NCBI GenBank assembly: GCA_965207225.1
Contig: CBDBLV010000004.1
Span: 576,001-640,000, forward strand
DNA length: 64,000 nt
Direction: 5' to 3'
DNA from: Dehalococcoidia bacterium
GTDB lineage: Bacteria > Chloroflexota > Dehalococcoidia > Plut-88900
Part shown: positions 1 to 9,955 of the stretch, in pieces
Position numbering within the stretch: position 1 is the stretch's first letter
How the letters are laid out: every line of letters starts with the position of its first letter
Made by a program: the position numbers and the translations under genes
The notes under the pieces: model-generated
The model's input: only the letters and a program-made list of their open reading frames with translations
The model's database searches: none
What the model was told of the DNA's origin: nothing

Positions 1-2
1 GC

Positions 3-629
3 TCAGGCGGGAAGGTCTTCTCCACCCGGGCCCCGGCTGAAGTCCTCACCTTCACCCAACTGGCCCGGCACCTGCATGAAAACGACCTCCCGACCAAGTA
101 CGAAGGCTCCTTCGCCTACAAGTTCGCCAAGACCTACAGCGAAAAGTCCAAGCAGCAAGCCTTCGACCCGGTGACCGGTCAGGGCTCCAACTGTGACGTG
201 TTCGCCTACGCAACCTGTCTTGCAGAGCTGGACGTGAATACGGAGACCGGGCAGGTGAAAGTCCACCGCGTCACCTACGTCGCCGACTCCGGCAAGATCA
301 TCCACCCCCTCAGCTTCGAGGGCCAGTGCCAGGGAGGGGTTGTGTATGGCCTCGGGCTTGCGCTCAGCGAACAGTACATCCCCGGCGAGACCCGCACCAT
401 CAAGGACTACGGCCTCACATCCATCAAGGAAGCTCCCGTGGACATTGATGTCATTACGGTAGAAGGCAGCTACTCCCAGGGGCCCTTTGGGGCCAAGGGC
501 GGCGGCGAGATGAGCGATGTTCCCATCGTCGGGGCCATCATCAACGGCATCGCCGACGCCACCGGCGCCCGGGTCTTCGACCTCCCCGCCACCCCCGAAA
601 GGGTCCTCGAAGCCCTGGCACGGCGTTAG
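3..629 (+). CDS. Xanthine dehydrogenase/aldehyde oxidoreductase family molybdopterin-binding subunit, C-terminal part (5'-truncated by window)
   Basis: Frame open from base 3 to TAG 629; motifs DSGKIIHP..EGQCQGG..GLG.ALSE, GPFGAKGGGE, LPATPERV. Confidence 0.9.
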   Translation, partial: SGGKVFSTRAPAEVLTFTQLARHLHENDLPTKYEGSFAYKFAKTYSEKSKQQAFDPVTGQGSNCDVFAYATCLAELDVNTETGQVKVHRVTYVADSGKIIHPLSFEGQCQGGVVYGLGLALSEQYIPGETRTIKDYGLTSIKEAPVDIDVITVEGSYSQGPFGAKGGGEMSDVPIVGAIINGIADATGARVFDLPATPERVLEALARR

Positions 630-651
630 TTTCAAGCCTTTCGGCAATGCG

Positions 652-1884
652 TTGAACACCATCCTGGCGATCCGGGAGAAGCGGGCTTACGGCTGGGCCG
701 TCCTGGTCTCCTTTACCGTCAACTACGCCTTCGTCGTTGTGGTGTTCATGACCCTCGGCCTCCTCCTGCCTGACATACGGGAAGACCTCGGCATCGACGT
801 GCGGGGCGCCGGGTGGCTGGCGTCATCTCTACTCATCGCTAACCTTTTCCTCGAAATCCCCCTGAACTGGACCCTGTCAAAGTTTCGTCCGTGGCGGGTG
901 TCCGTTGTCGCGTTTTTTGGCACCCTCGCCATGGTCCTGCTTCATGCCTTCTCACCCACTTTTGCCGTTCTGATCGTTGCAAGGGTTGGACTGGGCATCT
1001 TCTACCTGTCATCTCAGCCTCCCAGGACCCTCCTGATCCTCATGTGGATCCCAAAGAAGAACGTAGGGTTGGCCAACGGCGTACTTTTCGGCATCATGGC
1101 CGTTTTCGAAGGCCTGGGCTTTGTCCTGATTCCTCGGATCAATGACTGGACCGGAGACTGGCGGGAAACTCTCCTGGTCTGGGCAATCCTGTGCGCCGTG
1201 GGCACTCTCGTCTGGACCATCATCGGCGTCGATCGAAAGTCCATGCAGCTCGAACCCAGCCCCGAGCCCCCTCCCGCAAACCAGACCCCGCTCAGGGCGC
1301 TGGTAAAGTACAAGGAGCCTTGGGTACTGGGATTTGGCATCGCTGCAACGATTGCCGGCAGGCTCACCTTCGACACCTGGTGGCCTACCTTCATCACCGA
1401 GACCTATGGTATTGAGAAAACGACCGCCGGACTCATTCTCGCCGTAATTTCTGTTTCCGGGTTCCCGTCGTCCCTCGGCCTCTCCGCTATTCCCTTCCTC
1501 GTCCGCTACCCGGGGATCACGATGATCGGTGGGGGAATCGTCCTTGCGGCCACCTACATGGGCATGCTTTTCACGGGGTCGCTGCCGCTATTATTCCTGC
1601 TAGGGCTGGGGAACGGTTTGGGCTTTGGATTCTTCGCCATAATGATGGCTTCCTTCTACACATTGCGCGGGATACAACCCAGGGACCTGGCAATAGTCGT
1701 GGCCGTTTTCTACACCATCATGTGGGGTGGAGCAGCCATAGGACCTGTCCTTGCGGGCTTCATCGCCGGAGAGGACGAGAACCTCAGGCTCGGCCTCTTT
1801 GTTCTCTGCTTGGCGCCACTTGGCCTCTCCGTCGTCGGTTTGTGGCATCTGCTCCGCCGACGCCCTCCCATACCCGACTCTTAG
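652..1884 (+). CDS. MFS transporter
   Basis: About 12 hydrophobic helices; paralogous to 1914 and 6039 genes; TTG 652 chosen to avoid overlap with upstream gene (start uncertain). Confidence 0.85.
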   Translation: MNTILAIREKRAYGWAVLVSFTVNYAFVVVVFMTLGLLLPDIREDLGIDVRGAGWLASSLLIANLFLEIPLNWTLSKFRPWRVSVVAFFGTLAMVLLHAFSPTFAVLIVARVGLGIFYLSSQPPRTLLILMWIPKKNVGLANGVLFGIMAVFEGLGFVLIPRINDWTGDWRETLLVWAILCAVGTLVWTIIGVDRKSMQLEPSPEPPPANQTPLRALVKYKEPWVLGFGIAATIAGRLTFDTWWPTFITETYGIEKTTAGLILAVISVSGFPSSLGLSAIPFLVRYPGITMIGGGIVLAATYMGMLFTGSLPLLFLLGLGNGLGFGFFAIMMASFYTLRGIQPRDLAIVVAVFYTIMWGGAAIGPVLAGFIAGEDENLRLGLFVLCLAPLGLSVVGLWHLLRRRPPIPDS

Positions 1885-1913
1885 CATGACAACCTGGATT
1901 ACCATTTAAACCT

Positions 1914-3158
1914 ATGGCCTCCCAACCCGAATACATAGGTCCCTACCGCTGGGTAATCGTCAGTTCCGTCACCGCTCTGACCGGGGCACATCTGGCACTT
2001 ATCTACATCATTGGCCTGCTGCTCCCGGACATAGTCGATGACCTCGGCCTCTCCCCAACCGAGCAGGGCTGGCTCGGCTCTTCCGTACTGCTGGCCAACC
2101 TCGTTCTTGCCATCCCCCTTAACACGCTGATATCCAGGTACAGGCCCTGGCGCGTGATAGCCATAATGTCCCTGGCCGCCGCCTGCTTCGGGCTCCTTCA
2201 AGGCTGGTCTCCAATACTGGCCGCCCTGATCATCGGCAGGGTAGGCGTGGGGTTGTGCTTTGCCGCCACCATGGCCCCCCGAGCCCTGATGCTCCAGCAA
2301 TGGTCCACCCAGCAGCGCATTGCCCTTACCAACGGCGCCTGGGTCTCCGGCGTCGACGTCGTGATGGGTATAGGGTTCCTGGTCACGCCTTTCATCCTGG
2401 ACTGGGTCGGAAACTGGCAGGGCGTGTACTACTTCTGGGGGTTCTTCAGCCTCGGCCTGGCCGTAGTCTGGCTCGTGTTCGGGAGAGAACGGTCCACCGG
2501 CGAGTACCGACAAAGGATGGAGTCCCAGCTCGAAAGTCCACTGACCGTCTTCCGCAGGTATCCCGAGCTTTGGATCATCGGCATTGGCATGTTCGGAGGC
2601 ATGACCGCCAACACCGGCTTCCAGACCTTCTGGCCCCGACTCGCCGACGAGCAGCTGCTCATAGACCCGAAGATTGTCGCCTTGACCCTCGCCCTACAGG
2701 CCATTGCCACGGCCCCTCTCGGCTTCCTGGTCAATGCCGTCCCCCGATTCGTCGGGAGGCAGACCCTCATCCTTGCCGTTGGCGGGGTGGCGGTTTCTGC
2801 TTCCTACATCGCCCTGCTGTTCGCCACCTCCACGCCTCTTGTCCTTCTGCTCGGAGTGGCGGAGGGCCTGTCCCGAGCCTACTTCCCCGTCCTGATGACG
2901 ATGGTATTCCTCCTCCCGAGGGTCAAGCCCCGGGAGGCGGGTATTGGCCTGGCCTTCATCGAGACCTGCATCTGGGGAGGCGGGGCGCTCGGGCCCGTGA
3001 TAGTCGGGTTCGTGGAAGAGGCTACCGGCGACCTCCGGACCGCCATCATGGTTATCTGTTTCGCACCCCTGGTCCTCGTCCCCGCATCCCTGCTTCTCGT
3101 CTTCCGACGCTGGGACCCCTTCGCCAACTTCACTACAGCCCGTGCCGCCGAGTCCTAA
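1914..3158 (+). CDS. MFS transporter
   Basis: 414 aa, YRW N-terminus, 12-TM pattern, paralog of neighbours. Confidence 0.88.
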   Translation: MASQPEYIGPYRWVIVSSVTALTGAHLALIYIIGLLLPDIVDDLGLSPTEQGWLGSSVLLANLVLAIPLNTLISRYRPWRVIAIMSLAAACFGLLQGWSPILAALIIGRVGVGLCFAATMAPRALMLQQWSTQQRIALTNGAWVSGVDVVMGIGFLVTPFILDWVGNWQGVYYFWGFFSLGLAVVWLVFGRERSTGEYRQRMESQLESPLTVFRRYPELWIIGIGMFGGMTANTGFQTFWPRLADEQLLIDPKIVALTLALQAIATAPLGFLVNAVPRFVGRQTLILAVGGVAVSASYIALLFATSTPLVLLLGVAEGLSRAYFPVLMTMVFLLPRVKPREAGIGLAFIETCIWGGGALGPVIVGFVEEATGDLRTAIMVICFAPLVLVPASLLLVFRRWDPFANFTTARAAES

Positions 3159-4399
3159 CCCACGAATCTCCAGTCGAAGGGCGCCTGGGATATCACCTCT
3201 GGGCCGTTGCTGGTGATGATAACCTGCTCTTCCAGCTTCACCTGCTCCAGCCCATTCTCCCGACCCCAGCTGGACTCCACCGAAATTACCATGTTCTCTT
3301 CCAGGTGGCCGGGATAGTTCCCCAGCCCCGTGTCGCTCCTGTCCGGGAAGAAGATCGCCGGATATTCGTCGGACATCCCGTCCCCGTGAGCGAGAATCGT
3401 GTACCGGTTGGCCTTGTACTCGTCGGGCACCTCCGGGGACTTCTCCGCAATCTCCTGGAAGCTCGCTCCGGCCCGGTATAGCGGCAGACACCGCTGCAGG
3501 AACTCGTAGGCTCGCTTGTAGGCATCGTCTTGCTCCTCGCTGGGGGTGCCGTCTCCACACAGATACGTGCGGGAAATGTCGGCGAAGTAGCCGAGCGGTC
3601 CGGCCATGTCCGTGTCTATGGTTATAAGGTTGCCCGGAAGCACCAGCCTGTCCGACGCCTCTCTCTTCAGCCACGGGTTCGTGTTGCCTCCCGCGCAAAG
3701 CAGCTTGGAGTCAGTTCTCTCTCCCCCGAATCTCAGGTTGGTAGCGGCCAGAACTGCGTACAGATCGTTCTCGGTTACGCCCGGTTCGATGGCACCCTGA
3801 ACGTTGGCCAGGGCCACGTCCCCTATGGCACTCGCCTGCCTGATGAGTACCAGCTCGTCCTCGGTTTTCACTGCCCGTGCCCTGTCCATAGGCAAAAGCC
3901 CGTCTTCTAATACAACCCCCTGCTCCTCCAGGGCACGTATGGTCGCCATATCACCCTTATCTAGTCCTATCGGCTCACCGACGATATGTAGCTCCGTCAA
4001 CAGGTCCTTGAACTCCACTGCCCACCGTCTGGTTGCATCCCACATGAACTCCGCCGTCCTCCACGACGCCATGTTGAACACCGGCCGACCTATCACGTCG
4101 TCCCCCAGCACCGGGGCCTCCGTGATCGATGGCATGAACAGCACCGGCTTACCTTCCCGAGGCACCAATGCGTGCCGACCCTTCAAATGTAGAAAGAAGG
4201 TCTCGAAATTCCGGGTTCCAGTAGCGTAGCGCACGTTTATCGGGTCGAAGAGAAGCAGCCCTCCCAGGTCGGCCCGGGCCAACTCTGCCTGTATCCGCCC
4301 TATCCTTTCCAGCCGCAGCCTCCGCACGTCCACCCGCTCCTCGAAATCGACCACCTGGGTCCCGACAACATCCCTTTCGTGCAACTGTTTGGCACACAC
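3155..4399 (-). CDS. M24 metallopeptidase family, DddP (DMSP lyase)-like
   Basis: LLFDPINVRYATG, TNPW, DTD..DISR, HGxGxxDEYP, VE, KLEEQV, PFD C-terminus. Confidence 0.8.
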   Translation of the reverse strand: MCAKQLHERDVVGTQVVDFEERVDVRRLRLERIGRIQAELARADLGGLLLFDPINVRYATGTRNFETFFLHLKGRHALVPREGKPVLFMPSITEAPVLGDDVIGRPVFNMASWRTAEFMWDATRRWAVEFKDLLTELHIVGEPIGLDKGDMATIRALEEQGVVLEDGLLPMDRARAVKTEDELVLIRQASAIGDVALANVQGAIEPGVTENDLYAVLAATNLRFGGERTDSKLLCAGGNTNPWLKREASDRLVLPGNLITIDTDMAGPLGYFADISRTYLCGDGTPSEEQDDAYKRAYEFLQRCLPLYRAGASFQEIAEKSPEVPDEYKANRYTILAHGDGMSDEYPAIFFPDRSDTGLGNYPGHLEENMVISVESSWGRENGLEQVKLEEQVIITSNGPEVISQAPFDWRFVG

Positions 4400-4576
4400 T
4401 TTGCTAGCCCTCGATTCTTGTTTGTTGGGACCATATCCGCCGGTGCGATTCTAGGAGTGGGGTAGCGTGTGGTCAATGAACCATGGTTTGCCATTGCCTC
4501 TCAGCATTGCGGCCTGTAGGATTGTGCAATCCGCCCTGACGGGCTCGAAAATAAGGTAACAACAAGGGAACACAAC

Positions 4577-5740
4577 ATGCAGCAGAAAGTCGTGTCCGCC
4601 GACTGTCACATTGACCTTAGCTGGCTGCCCGAGGACCTGTTCACCACCCGGGCCCCGGCCCACCTGCAGTCCTCGATGCCCACGGTCCAGGAGACTGACG
4701 ACGGACGCTGGTGGAAGATTGACGACGCTGTCATCTCCCGGGTTGCCGGCTCGGGCTTCAGCGGGACCGCCGAAAAATACGTCCCGGGCGCATCCCTGCA
4801 CCTTGACCGGATGGAGCAGGAAGGCTTCTTCTCCGATGCAGCCAGGGGCCTCTACCACCCCACCACCCCCGAGCTCCGGCTCCGCGACCAGGACATCGAC
4901 GGCATTAGCGGCGAGGTGATCTACGGCATTCTCGGGGTTGCCAGCGGCTTTGCAGCAGGCGGAGACGCCGTACGCAACTCCGAGGTCCTGGCAACCGTTT
5001 ACGACATCTACAACCAGTGGGCCTCCGAGTTCTGTTCCACCAACCCCGAACGCTTCATAGGACTGGCCTGCCTCTCCAGCCACGACCCCCAGGTCGCCGC
5101 CCAACAGCTGTCCAGGGCCGCAGATCTCGGCCTACGCGGCGCCGAGTTCAACGTTTCCAGTGCATCCTCCCCCATCTACCAGCCGGAATGGGACGCCCTG
5201 TGGACCGTCTCAGCTGAGCGAAACATGCCCATCTCCTTCCACACCGTGGGCCTTCCATACCGAAAGCCCGACCCAGGCGCCCCCGAATACTGCGGCTACG
5301 TCGCTATGGGCATCAACTTCACCTTGTTCCAGCTCTCAGGCGCGGAGTTCTTGACCAGCATCATCCTCTCGGGCGCATGCTCCAACCACACCGACTTCAA
5401 ATTCGTGCTTGGGGAGTGTGGAGTGGGGTGGATTCCCTACGTCCTCCACAGGCTCGACCAGGAGTACAAGGACCGGCTTTTCCACCTGGAGCTGGAGATG
5501 GAGCCCAGCGACTACTGGCGTCGGCAGGGATACTCCACCTTCCAGGACGAGGTGATCACCCAGGAAGTCGTAGACCTCGTCGGCGAGTCCAACATCATGT
5601 GGGGCTCCGACTACCCTCACCCCGACGGCATCTGGCCCGAGTCCCGGCAGCTCCTCGAAACCAACCTCGCCAACCTCGACGAGGAGACCCGCACCAACAT
5701 AACCTACCGCAACGCCGCCGAACTCTACCGCTTCAACTAA
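4577..5740 (+). CDS. Amidohydrolase_2 family protein
   Basis: SADCH, EVIYG, FHT, GECGVGWIP, MWGSDYPH. Confidence 0.92.
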   Translation: MQQKVVSADCHIDLSWLPEDLFTTRAPAHLQSSMPTVQETDDGRWWKIDDAVISRVAGSGFSGTAEKYVPGASLHLDRMEQEGFFSDAARGLYHPTTPELRLRDQDIDGISGEVIYGILGVASGFAAGGDAVRNSEVLATVYDIYNQWASEFCSTNPERFIGLACLSSHDPQVAAQQLSRAADLGLRGAEFNVSSASSPIYQPEWDALWTVSAERNMPISFHTVGLPYRKPDPGAPEYCGYVAMGINFTLFQLSGAEFLTSIILSGACSNHTDFKFVLGECGVGWIPYVLHRLDQEYKDRLFHLELEMEPSDYWRRQGYSTFQDEVITQEVVDLVGESNIMWGSDYPHPDGIWPESRQLLETNLANLDEETRTNITYRNAAELYRFN

Positions 5741-5810
5741 CCCCTCTCCATCATCGCCCCCACCCTCAAGTTGGAATCGATCCCTTGGGGTCTGGGGCAG
5801 CCCCATCCCT

Positions 5811-5905
5811 CGTAGGGGCAGGTTTCATGCCTGCCCTCCCCGGTGGCGGGGCCGCTCACCCTGAGCGCAGTCGAAGGGTCGAGCGGGGGGAGGCTCGCGC
5901 CCGCT
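5811..5905 (+). repeat. REP-like cluster (GTAGGGGC hairpin plus CCCTGAGC..GTCGAAGGG element)
   Basis: GTAG-GGGCAGG-tttcatg-CCTGCCC; related reverse-complement copies at ~22590-22616 and ~59530-59606. Confidence 0.7.
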
Positions 5906-6038
5906 AATCCGTAACGTTCTATCAGCAGACCGGGACGCCTACGCTTTCATCCCATAACCCCGCGAGGGATATCTCACGCCTGCCCTTAAGACCCACCTAT
6001 ATTCAACTACCCTCCCCACGCGGTATATTCCCCTCCGC

Positions 6039-7268
6039 ATGAGCGCACAGCCCACCCACCCCGACGCGCCCCAGTCATCCAACTACCGGTTTGTCGTAAT
6101 AGCCGCATGGATGATTCCCCACGTATTCGGCTTCATTTTGCTGGAAAGCCTGGGCCTCATGCTGCCCAGCATCAACAGGGAGTTCAACCTCACCGCTACG
6201 GAGGAGGGCATTCTCGGCTCCGCCCCGAGGGTCGGAATGATGCTCCTGGCGCTACCCGCCGGATGGTGGCTGTCCAAGTGGAACGCCAAGCGTACAACCA
6301 CGATAACCTTTGTCGTAGGGGCGCTGCTCGTGGTGCTCCAAGGCTGGTCGCGCTCCTTCTACCTCCTGGTCCTCGCGCGGGCCATGTACGGCATCACCAT
6401 GGTCGTGCGGGAGCCGGTCAGGGCCATGCTGGTGCGCCAGTGGGCCCTGCCCAGAGAGGTCGTCATCGTCAACGCCATGTCCAACATGCTCTGGGGAGTC
6501 ACCGCACTCGGTTTCATCCTCGTGCCCGTCCTCCTCGAAGTCCTTGACGACGACTGGCGCACTACCTTCTACATCTTCGCCCTAGGCACCCTCGGCCTCA
6601 CAATCATCTGGCAGGTCTTGGGCAAGGAACGTACCTCACCCCAGTATCTCGCCGAGATGCGAGACCAGACCTGCAGCCCCCTGTCCTCCATAGTCCGTTA
6701 CAAGGAGATATGGTTCCTGGCCTTGGGCCTCATAGGTAACTCCATGGCTTGGTCTGCCTTCGCCGTTTTCTGGCCGACCCTGATGCTGGAGCAGTATGGA
6801 GTCAAAGAGCTTACATCCGGCATCATCATTGCTATTGGCGGTGGAGTGTCTTCTTTCGCAGGAATCGGTGTTGGGCTCCTTACCAACAGAATCGGCAAGA
6901 AACGCGTCATACTATGGTGGTGCGGGGTGGGGATGGCGGCTACACAGGTCGGGTTCCTGTGGACCGGGTCCTTTGGGTGGCTGGTGCTTCTCACCGCCGT
7001 GAACGGCGTAGCCTGGACCTACTTCCCCATCACCCTCTCCATCCCCTTCCAGCTACCCGGAATCAAGCCCCGGGAGATAGCCACTGCGATAGGTTTCCTG
7101 GAAACGGCCGTATGGGGCGGCGCATTGATCGGCCCTCTGCTGACCGGTGTGCTGGAAGACTACGCCCTGGAGCCCCGCCTCGCGCTCATGGTGGCATCCT
7201 CCATGCCTATCAGCCTGTCCATTTGCGCGATGCTGCTGCCCAAGAAGTGGGACGAGATCAGGTACTAG
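6039..7268 (+). CDS. MFS transporter
   Basis: 409 aa, 12-TM pattern, paralog of 1914 gene. Confidence 0.88.
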   Translation: MSAQPTHPDAPQSSNYRFVVIAAWMIPHVFGFILLESLGLMLPSINREFNLTATEEGILGSAPRVGMMLLALPAGWWLSKWNAKRTTTITFVVGALLVVLQGWSRSFYLLVLARAMYGITMVVREPVRAMLVRQWALPREVVIVNAMSNMLWGVTALGFILVPVLLEVLDDDWRTTFYIFALGTLGLTIIWQVLGKERTSPQYLAEMRDQTCSPLSSIVRYKEIWFLALGLIGNSMAWSAFAVFWPTLMLEQYGVKELTSGIIIAIGGGVSSFAGIGVGLLTNRIGKKRVILWWCGVGMAATQVGFLWTGSFGWLVLLTAVNGVAWTYFPITLSIPFQLPGIKPREIATAIGFLETAVWGGALIGPLLTGVLEDYALEPRLALMVASSMPISLSICAMLLPKKWDEIRY

Positions 7269-7281
7269 CGGCGCCGGCGGG

Positions 7282-8409
7282 CTAGTTGCTGTTCAGCTTC
7301 ATGTCGAAGAGGCGGATGGCATTGTCCCGGGTGATCTTCTTCTTGATCTCGTCGGACACCCCTTCAAAGTTCCGGGCAATGTATTCGTGGGACTTGGGCC
7401 ACGTGCTCTCCCAGTGGGGGTAATCATTGGCCCAGATGTAGTTGTCTGCCCCGATGATGTCCGTGTTCTTCACCCCGACCGGGTCGTCCATGAAACAGGC
7501 ATAGATGTTGCGCTTGAAGTAGTCGCTCGGGGCCATGTCCGGTACCTCCACCCGAGAGTCCTGCCGCATCCGGTATTTGTCGTCGGCCAGCCAGAGGTAG
7601 TGGGGAATCCATCCTATGTCCATTTCGGCCAAAACGACCTTCAACCCCGGGTACCGGTCGAAGACGCCCCAGTAAATCAGGTGAGACAGAGACCTTTGCC
7701 CCGGGTGGTGGAGGCAGGTCTGGCTGATCCGGTCCTGGCCCAGCTGGTCCTCCGGCCCGAAACCCGTGAAAGCGTGCAGGCTTATTGGAATGCCTGCTTC
7801 CTGGGCCGCGGCCCAAAGCGGCTCGTACATAGGTTTTTCATAGGTGTATTCGGGCTCCGGCCACGAGTTTATAAGCGCACCCCGAAGACCCATGGCAGCA
7901 CAACGCTCCAACTCCGCTACGGCCTGGTCCACATCGTATATCGAAATCAGCCCGATCCCCAGCAGTACATCCGGCGCGTGGGAGCAGAACTCGGCCAGCC
8001 AGTCGTTGTAGACGGAGAACAGCGCCCGCTGGAAGGGCGGGTCCTGTAGCCGGTACAGTGTGAGGGCATAGGAGGGGTATAGCACCTCGGCCTCCGTCCC
8101 ATCTATCTTCATGTCCTCCAACCGAGCCGCGGGGTCGTATCCCCCGGCCCGCCCGTCCCGATACGAGACTTCCTCAATGTGTGACTCAAACTCCGAGTAG
8201 CTCTCCCGACTCGCCCCCGCAAAAAAGGCCATGGACGCTGTTACAGTCGGCAGGTCCTCGCATACCCACCTATCCCCCTTCTCTCCGGGCGGGTCCTTGA
8301 CGATTCTCGGGGCCCGGTCCCTGAACTCCAGCGGCAACCGCTCAGTCCACAGGTCCGCAGGGTCGGTGACGTGGGAGTCTCCCGAAATGATCTTGTAGTC
8401 GGCCATCAT
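7282..8409 (-). CDS. Amidohydrolase_2 family protein
   Basis: SGDSH, EVLYPS, SLH, AEMDIGWIP, WANDYPH. Confidence 0.92.
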   Translation of the reverse strand: MMADYKIISGDSHVTDPADLWTERLPLEFRDRAPRIVKDPPGEKGDRWVCEDLPTVTASMAFFAGASRESYSEFESHIEEVSYRDGRAGGYDPAARLEDMKIDGTEAEVLYPSYALTLYRLQDPPFQRALFSVYNDWLAEFCSHAPDVLLGIGLISIYDVDQAVAELERCAAMGLRGALINSWPEPEYTYEKPMYEPLWAAAQEAGIPISLHAFTGFGPEDQLGQDRISQTCLHHPGQRSLSHLIYWGVFDRYPGLKVVLAEMDIGWIPHYLWLADDKYRMRQDSRVEVPDMAPSDYFKRNIYACFMDDPVGVKNTDIIGADNYIWANDYPHWESTWPKSHEYIARNFEGVSDEIKKKITRDNAIRLFDMKLNSN

Positions 8410-8439
8410 CGCTCTCCTCAGCCCCGAGTCCCCTCTTAT

Positions 8440-8478
8440 CCCCTCTCCCTTGATGGGAAGGGGTTAGGGTGAGGGTGG
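8440..8478 (+). repeat. REP-like repeat (CCCCTCTCCC..GGGAAGGGG-TTAGGGTGAGGG)
   Basis: Same family as the hairpin at 13915-13971 and reverse copies at 21788 and 22905. Confidence 0.65.
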
Positions 8479-8533
8479 TCCTATTCTGGGCTTCTTATTG
8501 TTGGATTATAGTCCCGACCCCCAGGTCGGGCCA

Positions 8534-9283
8534 CTAGGTGTTCACCCGACCCCCGTCTATTGGCAGCTCCACCCCCGTCACGTAAGAAGATTCATCCGAC
8601 GCCAGGTAAAGCGCCCCATACGCAATCTCCTCCGGCGTCCCGATGCGTCCCATCGGAATGTTCCCAATAGCGTCGCCTTGTTCGGCCATCTCTCGGGTCT
8701 GGGCGTGGAGCATGGGCGTGTCTATGGGGCCCGGGTGGATGGAGTTGGCCCGGATCCCTTCTCTGGCGTACTGGTGGGCCGTCGTCTTGGTCAGAATCCT
8801 GATCGCGCCTTTGGCCGGGCCGTAGGCCGTCCCGTCGGCATTACCCACTATCCCCGCACCCGACGACATGTTCACAATCGATCCCCCACCCGACCTCTTC
8901 ATCTCCGGTATAGCATGCTTGCTCCCGAGAAACGTCCCTGTAGCGTTCACCGCCATTATCCGCTCCCAGGTCTCCAGAGGGGTGTCGGCGACCAACTCAG
9001 GGCTGTAGGCCCCTGCATTGTTCACCAGCACGTTCAGCCCCCCGAACCGCTCCACCGTTGTCGCAACGGCCCGCTCCCAGTCCTCTTCTTTGGTGACATC
9101 CAGGTCTATGTAGATGGCTTCACCACCCGACCCCGTGATCTCCGTCACCACCCCCTCCCCCCGCCCCGAGTCCACGTCCGCCACTACAACCTTCGCCCCT
9201 TCTGACGTAAACAGCCGGCAAATCGCCGACCCTATTCCCCCCGCCCCACCCGTCACCAGCGCTATCTTCCCTTCCATCCTCAT
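8534..9283 (-). CDS. SDR family NAD(P)-dependent oxidoreductase
   Basis: TGGAGGIG, NNAG, YGPAK, NSIHPGPIDT. Confidence 0.95.
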   Translation of the reverse strand: MRMEGKIALVTGGAGGIGSAICRLFTSEGAKVVVADVDSGRGEGVVTEITGSGGEAIYIDLDVTKEEDWERAVATTVERFGGLNVLVNNAGAYSPELVADTPLETWERIMAVNATGTFLGSKHAIPEMKRSGGGSIVNMSSGAGIVGNADGTAYGPAKGAIRILTKTTAHQYAREGIRANSIHPGPIDTPMLHAQTREMAEQGDAIGNIPMGRIGTPEEIAYGALYLASDESSYVTGVELPIDGGRVNT

Positions 9284-9328
9284 GGCTTGACTAACGCCCG
9301 AATGCCAAAAGACCTTACTCTTGATCGG

Positions 9329-9571
9329 CTAACGTAAATGCTTCCTGAAATCATCCGCCGTAATCTCCAGGTCGGTAAGCACTGACTTCAAAATCCGCTT
9401 TGGAACCTCTTTTCTCCCTAAGACAATCGTCGATGTCACCTTACGACTACCCACGTAACGATAAACGAATTGATGGCTGCCCCTGCTTGACCTGTTCATT
9501 TCGCATCCCAGCTGTAGGAGACAGGCCAGAATGCTTTTGCCCAAACATAGCGGAAGGTCAGTGTATTTCAC
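9329..9571 (-). CDS. hicA: HicA-like toxin
   Basis: 80 aa, basic, RGSH motif, downstream of HicB-like gene. Confidence 0.7.
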   Translation of the reverse strand: MKYTDLPLCLGKSILACLLQLGCEMNRSSRGSHQFVYRYVGSRKVTSTIVLGRKEVPKRILKSVLTDLEITADDFRKHLR

Positions 9572-9573
9572 CT

Positions 9574-9900
9574 CTAAACGGGCACGGCCAATTTATACGT
9601 GTTGAGTTGCTTTGACCGACCCACGTGCTCGAAGGTGGAAAGTGATAAAGGCTTGTCGACATCTGCGGAATAATCCGATTCTCGCTCTATCCTGACACCC
9701 TTCTCCCCGAACACCTTGTCCCGCTCCCCAATCTCCTCCAGCCCCTCGATATAGACTTCCAGAGCATCAAGGAGATTCGCCTTTGCCTCCTTTATCGTGT
9801 CTCCGCAAGTGATGGTTCCCAACTCCTTGCAGTAAGCCAGGTACACATCCCCTTCCTTTTCGATGATTACCGTCAAACGAATGAAGACGGCATCGCTCAT
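9574..9900 (-). CDS. hicB: HicB-like antitoxin
   Basis: VIIEKEGDVYLAYCKEL.GDTIKEAKANLLDALEVYIE is the HicB N-terminal signature. Confidence 0.85.
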   Translation of the reverse strand: MSDAVFIRLTVIIEKEGDVYLAYCKELGTITCGDTIKEAKANLLDALEVYIEGLEEIGERDKVFGEKGVRIERESDYSADVDKPLSLSTFEHVGRSKQLNTYKLAVPV

Positions 9901-9955
9901 CCTTCAACCTCCGTCAGGATTTTGCTCATGTCTTGCCCCATCATACCTTGTAAGG

